DNA of 64,000 bases from Kiritimatiellia bacterium (GTDB taxonomy: Bacteria > Verrucomicrobiota > Kiritimatiellia > CAIVKH01), in NCBI GenBank assembly GCA_025054615.1, contig JANWZO010000006.1, forward strand, positions 7,596 through 71,595, given 5' to 3'. A program made the position numbers and the translations under genes. The notes under the pieces are model-generated. The model made no database searches. It saw only the letters and a list, made by a program, of their open reading frames with translations, and had not been told where the DNA came from. Numbering within the stretch: the first letter of the stretch is position 1; each line of letters starts with the position of its first letter. Of the stretch, positions 51,780 through 61,673 are shown in pieces.

Positions 51780-52838
51780 ATGGCCATGCCCGCTTTCTCG
51801 CTTCCATTTGAGAAACCGATCCTCGAGCTCGAAAACAAACTTCGCGACCTCGCGCAATTCAGCGAAAACCAGAAAATCGACGTCTCCGCCGAAATCGAGC
51901 GGATGAAGCGCCGAATCCACGAAACCCGGAAGAAAATTTACAGCGAACTCACCCCCTGGCAAAAAGTCCAGGTCGCGCGCCATCCCCTCCGCCCGTACAC
52001 GCTGGATTACGTGCAACACATGGCGTCGGATTGGATGGAGCTGCATGGCGATCGGAATTACCGCGATGATCGGGCGATCATCGGCGGCTTCGCGACCATT
52101 GAAGACGAGCGGGTCATGCTTATCGGGACCCAGAAAGGCAGGGACACAAAAAGCAACCTCGAATGCAACTTCGGTTGCGCCTACCCCGAGGGATATCGCA
52201 AGGCGCTGCGGCTCATGAAATTGGCGTCGAAGTTTCGGCTGCCGATCGTTGTGTTGATCGACACCCCCGGAGCCTACCCCGGCATCGAATCGGAAGAGCG
52301 CCACATCGCCGAGGCCATCGCCGTCAATTTGCGGGAAATGTTTATGATGCCGGTTCCCATCGTGGTCACCATCATCGGCGAGGGTGGCAGCGGAGGCGCC
52401 CTCGGAATCGGCGTAGGGGACCGCGTGCTGGTGTTGGAGCACGCCTACTACTCGGTGATATCCCCAGAGGGCTGCGCCGCCATCCTTTGGAAGGATCGAA
52501 AATACGCCGACCGCGCCGCCGAGGCTCTGAAGCTGACGTCGTCGGATCTGATTGCGATGGGATTCGCGGACGAGGTCGTACCGGAACCAGTAGGGGGGGC
52601 CCACAGCGACCACAAGGCCATGGCCGATACGCTCAAAATCGCAATCCTGCGCAATCTCAAAGAGATCAAAATGATGTCGGACGAGCAACGCCTCGCCGCC
52701 CGATACGCCAAATTCCGAGCCATGGGCCGATTCTCCGAAGGAGCGCCGCCCGGTGGTTACGTTGTGTCGCCGCCCGCCAAACCGGCCGGCAAGGCGGGCG
52801 ATACGCTGGCGGACCAGGTCCCGCCCGCAAATAAGTAG
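51780..52838 (+). CDS. accA: Acetyl-CoA carboxylase carboxyltransferase subunit alpha
   Basis: FEKPILELENKL..., VARHPLRPYTLDY, and the carboxyltransferase core (IDTPGAYPG, GEGGSGGAL). Confidence 0.95.
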   Translation: MAMPAFSLPFEKPILELENKLRDLAQFSENQKIDVSAEIERMKRRIHETRKKIYSELTPWQKVQVARHPLRPYTLDYVQHMASDWMELHGDRNYRDDRAIIGGFATIEDERVMLIGTQKGRDTKSNLECNFGCAYPEGYRKALRLMKLASKFRLPIVVLIDTPGAYPGIESEERHIAEAIAVNLREMFMMPVPIVVTIIGEGGSGGALGIGVGDRVLVLEHAYYSVISPEGCAAILWKDRKYADRAAEALKLTSSDLIAMGFADEVVPEPVGGAHSDHKAMADTLKIAILRNLKEIKMMSDEQRLAARYAKFRAMGRFSEGAPPGGYVVSPPAKPAGKAGDTLADQVPPANK

Positions 52839-52868
52839 GCCTCTCAGACGGCTCTCCGGAGATCTCTC

Positions 52869-53822
52869 ATGTCCAGCTCACCTGTTCCCGACCGCACGCT
52901 GAAGGACTACCTCGGAATCGCCGGGATCGGCGCTGCTATGGGCGCGGCGGATGTCGTGCCTGGCGTTTCGGGCGGAACCATGGCGTTCATTCTGGGCATC
53001 TACGATGAGCTGCTGGCGACGGTCAAATCCTTCAACCTCGAGTTCCTCAAGTTGCTGGTGCGCTTTCGGCTGAAGGCGGCGCTTGAGCATGTCAACTGGA
53101 AGTTCCTTCTCTCCCTCGTCCTCGGCCTGGGGACGACCCTCGTGACGCTCGCGCACGCCATCACCTATTTGCTGGATCACCACCCCGTGCCGCTCTTCGC
53201 GTTCTTCTTCGGGTTGATTCTCGCCTCAATCGTCTCTGTCGCCACCCACGTAAAATGGAACTTTGCGATGGCGGCGGCTTGCGCCCTCGGCGCGTTTGCT
53301 GCCTACAAAATCGTTCGGCTCGTCCCCGTGACCATGCCGAATGATCCGTTCACGCTATTCTGGTGCGCGGCCGTCGCGATCATGGCGATGATTCTGCCGG
53401 GTATCTCTGGATCCTTTATCCTCTTCATCCTTGGTCAGTACCGATTCGTGATGGAGGCGGTGAAATCCCTCGACGTCCTCACGCTCCTGCCATTCGCCCT
53501 CGGCGCCGCGTCGGGCCTAATGGCCTTCTCCCGTGTTCTGACGTGGCTGCTCAACCACTACCGCCGGCTGACCATCACGCTGCTGGTCGGGTTCATGATC
53601 GGTTCGCTCTGGAAAATCTGGCCGTTTCGCAAGGTGATCGAAACCGTCGAAAAAAAACCCGGCGAATGGATCCCGATCCGCGAGACGGTGGTCTGGCCCG
53701 ATCAGTTCACCGCCGAGGTGGCGCTTTCGATCCTCCTATGCATCGCTGGCTTTGTCCTCATCCTCTGGATCGATCGACTGCAGTCGGAAGCCAATCCGCT
53801 AAAAAAAATTGTGCGCGAATGA
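52869..53822 (+). CDS. DUF368-domain membrane protein
   Basis: DUF368 signature GAAMGAADVVPGVSGGTMAFILGIY and multiple TM helices. Confidence 0.75.
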   Translation: MSSSPVPDRTLKDYLGIAGIGAAMGAADVVPGVSGGTMAFILGIYDELLATVKSFNLEFLKLLVRFRLKAALEHVNWKFLLSLVLGLGTTLVTLAHAITYLLDHHPVPLFAFFFGLILASIVSVATHVKWNFAMAAACALGAFAAYKIVRLVPVTMPNDPFTLFWCAAVAIMAMILPGISGSFILFILGQYRFVMEAVKSLDVLTLLPFALGAASGLMAFSRVLTWLLNHYRRLTITLLVGFMIGSLWKIWPFRKVIETVEKKPGEWIPIRETVVWPDQFTAEVALSILLCIAGFVLILWIDRLQSEANPLKKIVRE

Positions 53823-53916
53823 GCGGCGTCCACTTGGATCCCATGGGACGGAATTTACATTCTATGGAAACCACTCCGCGCCATTTTTACATACGATGGA
53901 AATCAGGAGGGCGGCC

Positions 53917-54891
53917 ATGACCCACCGCTACCTGGCTCGGGCGCGGGAAGTGATCGACACTGAAATCGAGGGGCTCCGCCGCGTTCGAGACGCCCTCGAC
54001 GAAGCCTTCGTGAAAGCGGTGGAGCGAATTCTTACTGCTCTGGGCGCCGGCGGGAAGATCGTGGTCTGCGGCGTTGGCAAAAACATCCCGATCGGCCAAA
54101 AAATTGCCGCAACCCTCACCAGCACGGGAAGCCCCGCTGTCTTCCTCCATCCGTCCGACGCCATGCACGGCGAGCTCGGAATCCTCTCCGACGGCGACGT
54201 CGTCGTCGCCTTAAGCTATAGCGGTGAATCCGAGGAGCTTCTGAATCTTCTCCCGGCCATCAAACGCCGCAAGCTTCCGATCGTCGCGATCACCGGCTCG
54301 CGAGAGAATGCGCTGGCGCGCGTCAGTGATGAAGTGATTGTCGCCGCAGTGGATGCCGAGGCCTGCCCCTTCAACATGGCGCCCACCGCCAGTACCACTG
54401 CCGCGCTAGCTGTTGGCGACGCACTGGCCATGGTGCTTCTCGAAGCGCGGGGATTTCGCAAAGAGGATTATGCCGAGTTACATCCCGGCGGGGCCATCGG
54501 CCGGACACTTCTGCTGAAGGTCGAAGACATCATGCGCACGGGGCCGAGGCTGGCAACTGTGCCGCGCGGCGCGCGCGTCAAGGACGCCGTGGTTGCGATG
54601 TCCAGCGCGCGAGCCGGGTCCGTGGTGATCATCGACGGCGACCGAAAAGTCGCCGGGATTTTCACTGACGGAGATTTGCGACGGCACCTGGACCTGGCCG
54701 ACCTGCCGAACCGAGTTATTGACGAGCTGATGACTCGGAACCCGATCCGCATCCGCATAGGACGGCTCGCGGTCGAAGCCCTCGCAATATTTGAGAAGCA
54801 TAACATCGACGACCTCATCGTGGTCGACGACAGCGACCGGCTGGCCGGCTGCATCGACATTCAGGACCTTCCAAAATTCAAAATCTTGTAG
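53917..54891 (+). CDS. kpsF: Arabinose-5-phosphate isomerase (KpsF/GutQ family; SIS plus tandem CBS)
   Basis: SIS domain (KIVVCGVGKNIPIGQKIAATLTSTGSPAVFLHPSDAMHGELG), tandem CBS (VEDIMRT...). GGAGGG RBS 7 nt upstream of the ATG at 53917. The ORF-track entry starts upstream at 53809. Confidence 0.9.
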   Translation: MTHRYLARAREVIDTEIEGLRRVRDALDEAFVKAVERILTALGAGGKIVVCGVGKNIPIGQKIAATLTSTGSPAVFLHPSDAMHGELGILSDGDVVVALSYSGESEELLNLLPAIKRRKLPIVAITGSRENALARVSDEVIVAAVDAEACPFNMAPTASTTAALAVGDALAMVLLEARGFRKEDYAELHPGGAIGRTLLLKVEDIMRTGPRLATVPRGARVKDAVVAMSSARAGSVVIIDGDRKVAGIFTDGDLRRHLDLADLPNRVIDELMTRNPIRIRIGRLAVEALAIFEKHNIDDLIVVDDSDRLAGCIDIQDLPKFKIL

Positions 54892-54959
54892 GGACGCCCC
54901 CATCTCAACCGATGGGCGTTGGACTTGGTGCGAGGACCTCGTGCAGGGACGGGCCCGAT

Positions 54960-56024
54960 CTAGCCGATCAGCCGCTCGGCGGCCTCCTCGATTGGACCGG
55001 CCCCGTTTCGGATCCCCATCCGGCGCAACAATTGGCGAACCAGCGCAATTCGCCGCTCTTCGAGTTCCAGTCCGGCTGCGCCGCCCGTCTCGAGATAGCC
55101 GGCAGCCATCTTGTCATGGCCGCCCGCCGCGCCGTTTCGGCCGATGGCGGCGCGGATGATCCGATTGCATGACGCGGCCCGCCGGCTGCTGCGAAGGGAT
55201 ACGAACAGCCGCCCGGGCAGTTCAGCCGTGCAGAACGACCATCGGATACCCTCCATTCGCAGTAGCAAATCAGCGACCTCGGCGGCCATTTCCGGCTGTT
55301 CAATGGCGCTCAAATGGGTCCAGGCGACGTCGCGCAGCACCCGCGCTCGAGAGAGCGCCTCCTGAAGCCGGACGAAGTACACACGGGACAGCGGAGCATG
55401 CCGAATCCGCCCGATGATCCGCAGATCCGCTTTGGCAACCAGGGAAAGGTAGGCCTTCAAATCCGGCGCCGACACCTCCCGCGTCAGGTCAAGGGTTTCC
55501 GAAACGATGGCGTAGGCCATCACCGCCGCCAGCCAGCGCGGGATATCGACGCCCGCCGCTTCCAGATATTCCAGCGCAAGCGTTGCAGTGGCGCCGGCCT
55601 CGCCTCGGATGTCAATGTGGGCGCCGCTGAGATCCGGGATGGACTTGTGTTCATGGTGGTCGATCACCACTCGGGCGACGGCACCCGGCGGCAATGTGAC
55701 ATTCCGCGACCACGGCGCAGTGTCCACCAGGATGCAATCGTGTTCCGAGACGCCGCGGAGATTGAGGTCCTCAAGGCGGTGCCAGCGGCATTTGAGTCGA
55801 CGCAACAATTCCTTGTTCTCCGCGCGCGACACATCACCGCTGAATGCGATTTGGCTCTGAATTCCAAAATGCTTGTCGAGCAGCCAATGGATGGCCGCGG
55901 CTGAAGCGATGGCATCCGGATCGGGGAAATCGTGGGGGACGATCAGTATGCGCCGATTCGATGGCAGCGCCCGACGGAGCGAATCCAGTCTCGACGAGCT
56001 CGGTTCCGACGGCGGCGTTTCCAT
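54960..56024 (-). CDS. DHH-family phosphoesterase (NrnA-like oligoribonuclease/pAp phosphatase)
   Basis: DHH motifs ILIVPHDFPDPDAIASAAA, DTAPW, VIDHH, plus the DHHA1 region. Confidence 0.8.
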   Translation of the reverse strand: METPPSEPSSSRLDSLRRALPSNRRILIVPHDFPDPDAIASAAAIHWLLDKHFGIQSQIAFSGDVSRAENKELLRRLKCRWHRLEDLNLRGVSEHDCILVDTAPWSRNVTLPPGAVARVVIDHHEHKSIPDLSGAHIDIRGEAGATATLALEYLEAAGVDIPRWLAAVMAYAIVSETLDLTREVSAPDLKAYLSLVAKADLRIIGRIRHAPLSRVYFVRLQEALSRARVLRDVAWTHLSAIEQPEMAAEVADLLLRMEGIRWSFCTAELPGRLFVSLRSSRRAASCNRIIRAAIGRNGAAGGHDKMAAGYLETGGAAGLELEERRIALVRQLLRRMGIRNGAGPIEEAAERLIG

Positions 56025-56070
56025 GGCTGCTCAGGGGTTCTGCGGGACATGCCGACCCGCAGGCGAGGGA

Positions 56071-57312
56071 TCAGGGCGCGGCAGTAAAACAGAGCGTCGC
56101 GTTATGGCCGCCGAAACCGAATGAATTTTTGAGAGCCGCCGTGATCCGATGTTCGCGCGCTGTATGCGGCACAAAATCCAGATCACACCCATCGTCGGGG
56201 TCGTCGAGGTTGATTGTCGGGTGGACCGCGCCGCGATGGATCATCAGCGCCACAGCGACCGATTCAAGTCCGCCGGCCGCGCCGAGCCCGTGTCCGATCA
56301 TAGACTTTGTGGCGCTCACCGGGATTGATTTGGCGTGCTCACCCAAGGCGATCTTGATGGCCTTGACCTCACAGAGATCGCCGAGTTGCGTGCTCGTGGC
56401 GTGCGGGTTGATGTAGTTGATCTGCTCCGGCGACAAGCCGGCGTCCTGGATGGCCAGGGACATGGCCCGCGAGGCGCCGGCGCCCTCCTCGTGCGGAGCG
56501 GTGATGTGGAAGGCATCGCAGGTTCGGCCGTATCCCGCCAGTTCGCAATAGATCCTCGCGCCGCGGGCCTTCGCGTGTTCATAGTCCTCGAGCACCATGA
56601 TGCCGGCGCCTTCGGCGATGACGAAGCCATCGCGCGCGCGGTCGAACGGACGCGAGGCCTTTTCAGGTTCGTCATTCCGGGTGCTGAGGGCGCGCATGGC
56701 ACAGAAGCCACCAACGCCCAGTTCGCAAATGCTCCCCTCGGCCCCGCCGGCAATCATGACGTCGGCCTCTCCATTGCGAATCATCCGCATTGCCTCGCCC
56801 AGGCAGTGCGTTGCGGTGGCGCAGGCGGAGGTGATGCAGAAATTCGGTCCCTGCAGACCGTATTCGATCGCCAGATATCCCGGGAGAATATTCGTGATCA
56901 TCTGCGGGATCATGAAGGGAGAGAAACGGGAGGGTCCTTTTTCGATCAGAACGCGCATTTGATCCTGCAGGATGAGCAAGCCGCCGATGCCAGAGCCGAC
57001 GAGCGCCCCGCACCGGGAAGGATCCTCTTTGGAAAAATCCAGCCCGGCGTCGGCGACCGCCATTTTGGAGGCAACCATGCCATACAAGCAAAAGGGATCC
57101 ATCCGTCGCTGCTCTTTTTTGGGAATGTAGGGGTCCGGGTTGAATTCCACGACCTCCCCGGCGATCTGTGAGGCGTAGCCGGAGACGTCAAACGACTGAA
57201 TTCTCCGGATGCCGGATTTCCCCGCGAGGAGGCGGTCCAAAAACAATTTCAGGTCGGACCCCAGCGGGGACACAACCCCCAAACCCGTCACTACGACACG
57301 ACGGCGGCTCAT
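56071..57312 (-). CDS. fabF: Beta-ketoacyl-ACP synthase II
   Basis: RRVVVTGLG, active-site Cys (ITSACATA), His-His (NPHATST...HGLGAAG). Start at the internal ATG (MSRRRVVV); the long ORF extends to 57345. Confidence 0.95.
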   Translation of the reverse strand: MSRRRVVVTGLGVVSPLGSDLKLFLDRLLAGKSGIRRIQSFDVSGYASQIAGEVVEFNPDPYIPKKEQRRMDPFCLYGMVASKMAVADAGLDFSKEDPSRCGALVGSGIGGLLILQDQMRVLIEKGPSRFSPFMIPQMITNILPGYLAIEYGLQGPNFCITSACATATHCLGEAMRMIRNGEADVMIAGGAEGSICELGVGGFCAMRALSTRNDEPEKASRPFDRARDGFVIAEGAGIMVLEDYEHAKARGARIYCELAGYGRTCDAFHITAPHEEGAGASRAMSLAIQDAGLSPEQINYINPHATSTQLGDLCEVKAIKIALGEHAKSIPVSATKSMIGHGLGAAGGLESVAVALMIHRGAVHPTINLDDPDDGCDLDFVPHTAREHRITAALKNSFGFGGHNATLCFTAAP

Positions 57313-57375
57313 AAAGGTTTCTCTAAGGTTGGGACCGAATTTCAACGCCGCCCGAGTGCGGCTAGGCGCCGAGCG

Positions 57376-57618
57376 CTATTTATCCCCGTAGCCTTTCTCC
57401 TTGAGATAGTTGATCACGGCGCCGACGGTGGTCAACTTTTCAGCGTCTTCGTCCGGAATCTCGGCGCCGAATTCCTCTTCAAACGCCATCACCAGTTCGA
57501 CCGTGTCGAGCGAATCCGCTCCGAGGTCTTCAATAAACGAGGCCTCGGGGGTGACCTGGTCGGCATTGACACCGAGTTGCTCCACGATGATTTCCTTCAC
57601 TTTGTCTTCCAGTGCCAT
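57376..57618 (-). CDS. acpP: Acyl carrier protein
   Basis: [20 protein letters not shown] phosphopantetheine-attachment site. Confidence 0.95.
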   Translation of the reverse strand: MALEDKVKEIIVEQLGVNADQVTPEASFIEDLGADSLDTVELVMAFEEEFGAEIPDEDAEKLTTVGAVINYLKEKGYGDK

Positions 57619-57639
57619 GGTTGCTCTCCTTCCAAAAAG

Positions 57640-58386
57640 TTACATGACCATGCCGCCGCAGACCTGAATGACCTGCCCGGTGATATAGGATGCATCGTCG
57701 CTTGCGAGGAAGGCCGCCGTCGCCGCGACGTCGTCAGGGCTACCGTACCGTCCTAAAGGGATCATTTCCAGCATCTTCTTCTGCAGTTCGCCATTGAGCT
57801 GTTCGGTCATCCGCGTGGTGATGAAGCCGGGCGCGATCGCGTTGGCGCGGATACCGCGAGAGGCAAGCTCTTTGGCGACGCTTTTGGTAAAGGCAATAAT
57901 GCCAGCCTTGGAGGCGGCATAGTTTGCCTGCCCAGGATTTCCAATCAGTCCGATGATTGAGGAAATATTCACGATCGATCCCGCCCGTTGTTTCATCATT
58001 AGGCGGGCGACAGATTTTGTGAACAAAAAGACGGCGCGCAGGTTGACGGCCATCACTTCATCCCAGTCGGCCGCAGACATCCGGATCAAAAGCCCGTCTC
58101 GAGTAATTCCCGCATTATTGACAAGAATATCGACGCGCCCCCAGGCTTGCTCAACTTGGGCAACCGAGGCCACGATGGCATCCGCATCCTTGACGTCAAC
58201 CTGATGGATCAAGGCACGGCGGCCGACGGCAGCCACGGCCTGGGCGGTTTCCTGGAGCCTTTCCAAATTTTGGCCAAAACACGCGACATCCGCCCCCTCG
58301 GTGGCGAGGCGTACGGCAACCGAGCGGCCAATGCCGCCGCTGGCGCCCGTCACGATGGCTGTTTTGCCTGCCAATCTCGCCATGGC
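57640..58386 (-). CDS. fabG: 3-oxoacyl-ACP reductase
   Basis: SDR motifs TGASGGIG, NNAG, YAASKAG. Start at the internal ATG (MARLAGKTAIV). Confidence 0.95.
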   Translation of the reverse strand, partial: AMARLAGKTAIVTGASGGIGRSVAVRLATEGADVACFGQNLERLQETAQAVAAVGRRALIHQVDVKDADAIVASVAQVEQAWGRVDILVNNAGITRDGLLIRMSAADWDEVMAVNLRAVFLFTKSVARLMMKQRAGSIVNISSIIGLIGNPGQANYAASKAGIIAFTKSVAKELASRGIRANAIAPGFITTRMTEQLNGELQKKMLEMIPLGRYGSPDDVAATAAFLASDDASYITGQVIQVCGGMVM

Positions 58387-58420
58387 TACCGTACCCAATC
58401 TCGAGGCACAGCGCGGATCA

Positions 58421-59335
58421 TCATGAGGCACCATTTAATCCTGAGAGATCCTGTATGCTATGGAGGATAGCTCCCTTGTCAATTCGTTTGACCAGACCGC
58501 TGAGGACCTTGCCCGGACCGCACTCGAGATAATGGGTCACGCCGTCGGCCTTCATGGCCTCAATCGAGTCGAGCCACCGCACGGGGGAGTACACTTGGGC
58601 CACCATCAGCCGCCGAATTTCCTCGGGCGTGGTGTGGGGCCGTGCGGTGACATTGGAGTAGACGGGAAATGCCGGCTCGCGAAATTCGATGCTGTTGAGC
58701 GTCTCGGCAAGGCGATCTGCCGCTTCGCGCATGAGCGTGGAATGGAAGGCGCCGGCTACATTCAGGCGGATCGCCTTGCGGATCCCCATGTCACGGGCGA
58801 GGGTCTCGGCGCGTTGGACGCCTTCAATGGGCCCGCTTAACACAATCTGCTCCTGCGAATTGAGATTGGCTTTTTCCAACCCGCTTTCCGCACACAGACG
58901 GTCTATCTGTTCCGGGGTTGCGCCGATGATGCTGATCATGCCGCCAGGCCGCCGGTTGCAGGCTTCCGTCATGAAGCGGCCCCGAGCTTCGAGGATGCGA
59001 AGAGCATCCTCAAACGAAACCACGCCGGCAAGGTAAAGGGCAGTCCATTCGCCAGAACTTAGGCCGGCGGCGCAATCGCAAGCCCATTCGGGATGCCGCT
59101 GGGTCCACGCCGTCCAGGCCGCCACGCTGTGCACAAAAATTGCCGGTTGGGCGTTTGCGGAAACGGTTAATTTTTCGATCGGTCCGTGAAAACTGACGTC
59201 GGCCAGGTCAAAGCCGAGCACTTCCGATGCGCGGCGATACAGCTCCCCGCAGGCCGGAATCGACTCCGCCAGCTCTTTGCCCATGCCGACGAACTGAGCC
59301 CCCTGCCCCGGACACAGCAACGCGTTTTTTGCCAT
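58421..59335 (-). CDS. fabD: Malonyl-CoA:ACP transacylase
   Basis: CPGQGAQ and the GLSSGE active site. Confidence 0.95.
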   Translation of the reverse strand: MAKNALLCPGQGAQFVGMGKELAESIPACGELYRRASEVLGFDLADVSFHGPIEKLTVSANAQPAIFVHSVAAWTAWTQRHPEWACDCAAGLSSGEWTALYLAGVVSFEDALRILEARGRFMTEACNRRPGGMISIIGATPEQIDRLCAESGLEKANLNSQEQIVLSGPIEGVQRAETLARDMGIRKAIRLNVAGAFHSTLMREAADRLAETLNSIEFREPAFPVYSNVTARPHTTPEEIRRLMVAQVYSPVRWLDSIEAMKADGVTHYLECGPGKVLSGLVKRIDKGAILHSIQDLSGLNGAS

Positions 59336-59377
59336 CGATCGTTTCCTCCATCGGCCCGCCCGGCAGCGGGCGAAACA

Positions 59378-60394
59378 TCACCATTCCAGGACGGTGGCGC
59401 CCCATGTAAAGCCGCCGCCGAACGCCACAAGCAACACAAGATCGCCCCGCCGAATCCGGCCAGCCCTCTGCGCCTCGTCGAGGGCGAGAATCACCGACGC
59501 GGCAGAGGTATTCCCGTATCGATCGAGATTCACGTAGTATTTTTCCGGCGTTCCGCCCAACCGTTCGCCGATCGCCGTGATGATCCGATGGTTGGCCTGG
59601 TGGGGAATAATCAGCGCGATGTCATCCACGGTCAGGCCAGCGCGATCAAGGGCGCGTTTGGCGACGTCCGTCATGCATGTCACCGCGTGTTTAAAAACTT
59701 CGCGTCCTTCCATTTTCATATAATGAAGGCCTTGGGCGATCGTTTCGGGGCTGGTGGGATGCCGTGATCCGCCGCCCGGCAATTTGAGAAGGTCGGACAG
59801 GGTGCCGTCGGACCGCATGACCGAGGCAAGAATCCCCTTTCGGCCGGGAACAGACTGCACCACGGCCGCGCCAGCGCCGTCGCCAAACAGGACGCAGAGA
59901 GACCGGTCGCTCCAATCGGTGATACAGGAGATTTTTTCAGCCCCGATCACCAGCACGGTCCTGGCCGAACCGGTGCCGATATACTGGCGCGCAATGTCGA
60001 GCGCATAAACAAATCCGGAACACGCGGCTTCAATGTCGAAGCAGAAGGCATTGACCGCCCCGATCTTGGCCTGCACAAAACAGGCCGTGTTCGGGAATCC
60101 CATGTCCGGCGTGATCGTGGCGACGATGATCAGGTCGACTTCCTCGGGCGACACTCCCGCATCGCTCAACGCGCGCCGGGCAGCGGCCGCGGCCATGTCG
60201 GAGGTTGCCTCTTCCGGAGCGGCGATTCGCCGCTCTCGAATGCCCGTTCGCGTGACAATCCATTCGTCCGTCGTGTCGACCATTTTCTCCAGGTCGGCGT
60301 TCGTCAAAACGCGGGCGGGCACGTAGGCGCCGGTGGCGACTATCGAGGCCCGGGGGATCCCGGCCCACGTCGCATGCGCGTCGGTCGATCTCAT
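59378..60394 (-). CDS. fabH: Beta-ketoacyl-ACP synthase III
   Basis: Active-site AACSGF, His/Asn region (PHQANHRI), C-terminal FGGGFTWGA. Confidence 0.9.
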   Translation of the reverse strand: MRSTDAHATWAGIPRASIVATGAYVPARVLTNADLEKMVDTTDEWIVTRTGIRERRIAAPEEATSDMAAAAARRALSDAGVSPEEVDLIIVATITPDMGFPNTACFVQAKIGAVNAFCFDIEAACSGFVYALDIARQYIGTGSARTVLVIGAEKISCITDWSDRSLCVLFGDGAGAAVVQSVPGRKGILASVMRSDGTLSDLLKLPGGGSRHPTSPETIAQGLHYMKMEGREVFKHAVTCMTDVAKRALDRAGLTVDDIALIIPHQANHRIITAIGERLGGTPEKYYVNLDRYGNTSAASVILALDEAQRAGRIRRGDLVLLVAFGGGFTWGATVLEW

Positions 60395-61419
60395 CCGTTT
60401 TTTACTCCGGGGGATACTCTCTGCTTAACGCGAGAAATCTCCTCGGTGATCAGGTGGTTGATATCCTGCTTGACCGCCTCGCCTGAAACGCGGATGCCGT
60501 TAAACACGGCCGTCGCGTTGGAAGAACCGTGGCCGATGATGCTAACGCCGCGCACACCCAGGAGTGGGGCCCCGCCGTACTGGGCGGGATCGGTTTTTTG
60601 CTTGAGACCGATCAGGGCGCCTCGCAGACATAAGGCGCCGAACATTCGGATCGGGTTTGCTTTGAACGCTTGTTTGAGCCAGACGCTCATGGCGTGAGCC
60701 ACGCTCTCGCTGGTTTTGAGGATGACATTTCCAACAAATCCGTCGCAGACCACGACATCAATTTCGCCTTCGAACAGGTCGTGGCCCTCGATGTTCCCCG
60801 CGAAGTTCAGACCCGAACTTTCCAGCAGGCGAAAGGCCTCCTTTGTTGTCGCATTGCCCTTGGCGTCCTCCTCGCCGATGCTCATCAATCCAATGCGGGG
60901 GTTGCGAGCCTTCAAAATCTCCCGCGAATACACCATTCCCATGACCGCAAACTCAAGCAACATGTCCGGCGTGCAATCGGTGTTTGCCCCGGCGTCCAAA
61001 AGAACGAACGGCTTGGTTGGCGATGGAAAGACGGTCGCGATGGCAGGACGCTGGACACCCTCGAGGGTGCGCAGCTTCAGCATGCTTGCGGCAACCTGCG
61101 CCCCGGTGCTCCCCGCGGAAAAAATGGCATCCGCCTCCCCTTCCTTGACGAGGTCCACCGCGCGATTAATAGAGGAATCTTTTTTCTTGCGGACCGCGAC
61201 GGCGGGGGTTTCCCCCATTTCAACAACTTCGGTGCAGTGACGGATTCGTATGGTATGCGGAGTTTCGCCGTGCCGCCGGAGTTCTTCACGTATCCGGGAT
61301 TCGTCACCGACTAGAATAAGTTCGCTGATCGACTTTAGCTCCCGGGCGGCGCGGACAGCCCCCTCGACGATGGCCGCCGGGGCGTAATCGCCGCCCATCG
61401 CGTCAACGGCAATTCTCAT
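60391..61419 (-). CDS. plsX: Phosphate acyltransferase PlsX
   Basis: MRIAVDAMGGDYAP...; collinear with PlsX and upstream of fabH as in the canonical cluster. Confidence 0.95.
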   Translation of the reverse strand: MRIAVDAMGGDYAPAAIVEGAVRAARELKSISELILVGDESRIREELRRHGETPHTIRIRHCTEVVEMGETPAVAVRKKKDSSINRAVDLVKEGEADAIFSAGSTGAQVAASMLKLRTLEGVQRPAIATVFPSPTKPFVLLDAGANTDCTPDMLLEFAVMGMVYSREILKARNPRIGLMSIGEEDAKGNATTKEAFRLLESSGLNFAGNIEGHDLFEGEIDVVVCDGFVGNVILKTSESVAHAMSVWLKQAFKANPIRMFGALCLRGALIGLKQKTDPAQYGGAPLLGVRGVSIIGHGSSNATAVFNGIRVSGEAVKQDINHLITEEISRVKQRVSPGVKNG

Positions 61420-61447
61420 ACGAGGACAGGCATTCCTCGAAACCAGC

Positions 61448-61633
61448 TTATTCGTCCGCCGAAACTGACAGGACCTTTCGGCCCTTGTACATTCCCGTCA
61501 CGGGGTCCACCCGGTGCGGTTGATGCCAAGAGCCGGTTTTCGGATCGCGCGACATACCGGCCATCGGCTTTCGGTGCGACGCCTGGCGTTGCCGGCGCTT
61601 CATCTTGGACGTTTTTCTCTTCGGAACACCCAT
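61448..61633 (-). CDS. rpmF: 50S ribosomal protein L32
   Basis: MGVPKRKTSKMKRRQR... bL32 N-terminus; canonical position between yceD and plsX. Confidence 0.85.
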   Translation of the reverse strand: MGVPKRKTSKMKRRQRQASHRKPMAGMSRDPKTGSWHQPHRVDPVTGMYKGRKVLSVSADE

Positions 61634-61673
61634 GGTCTCTCCTTGATCGGACGCCGCAACCGACCTCGCTCCT

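Noticed and set aside
54892-54925. Hairpin ACGCCC-N14-GGGCGT after kpsF as a possible bidirectional terminator
   Set aside because: Large loop and no T tract on either strand; too weak to call.
56335-57171. Plus-strand ORF 56335..57171 antisense to fabF
   Set aside because: Antisense GC-rich artefact opposite a highly conserved fabF.
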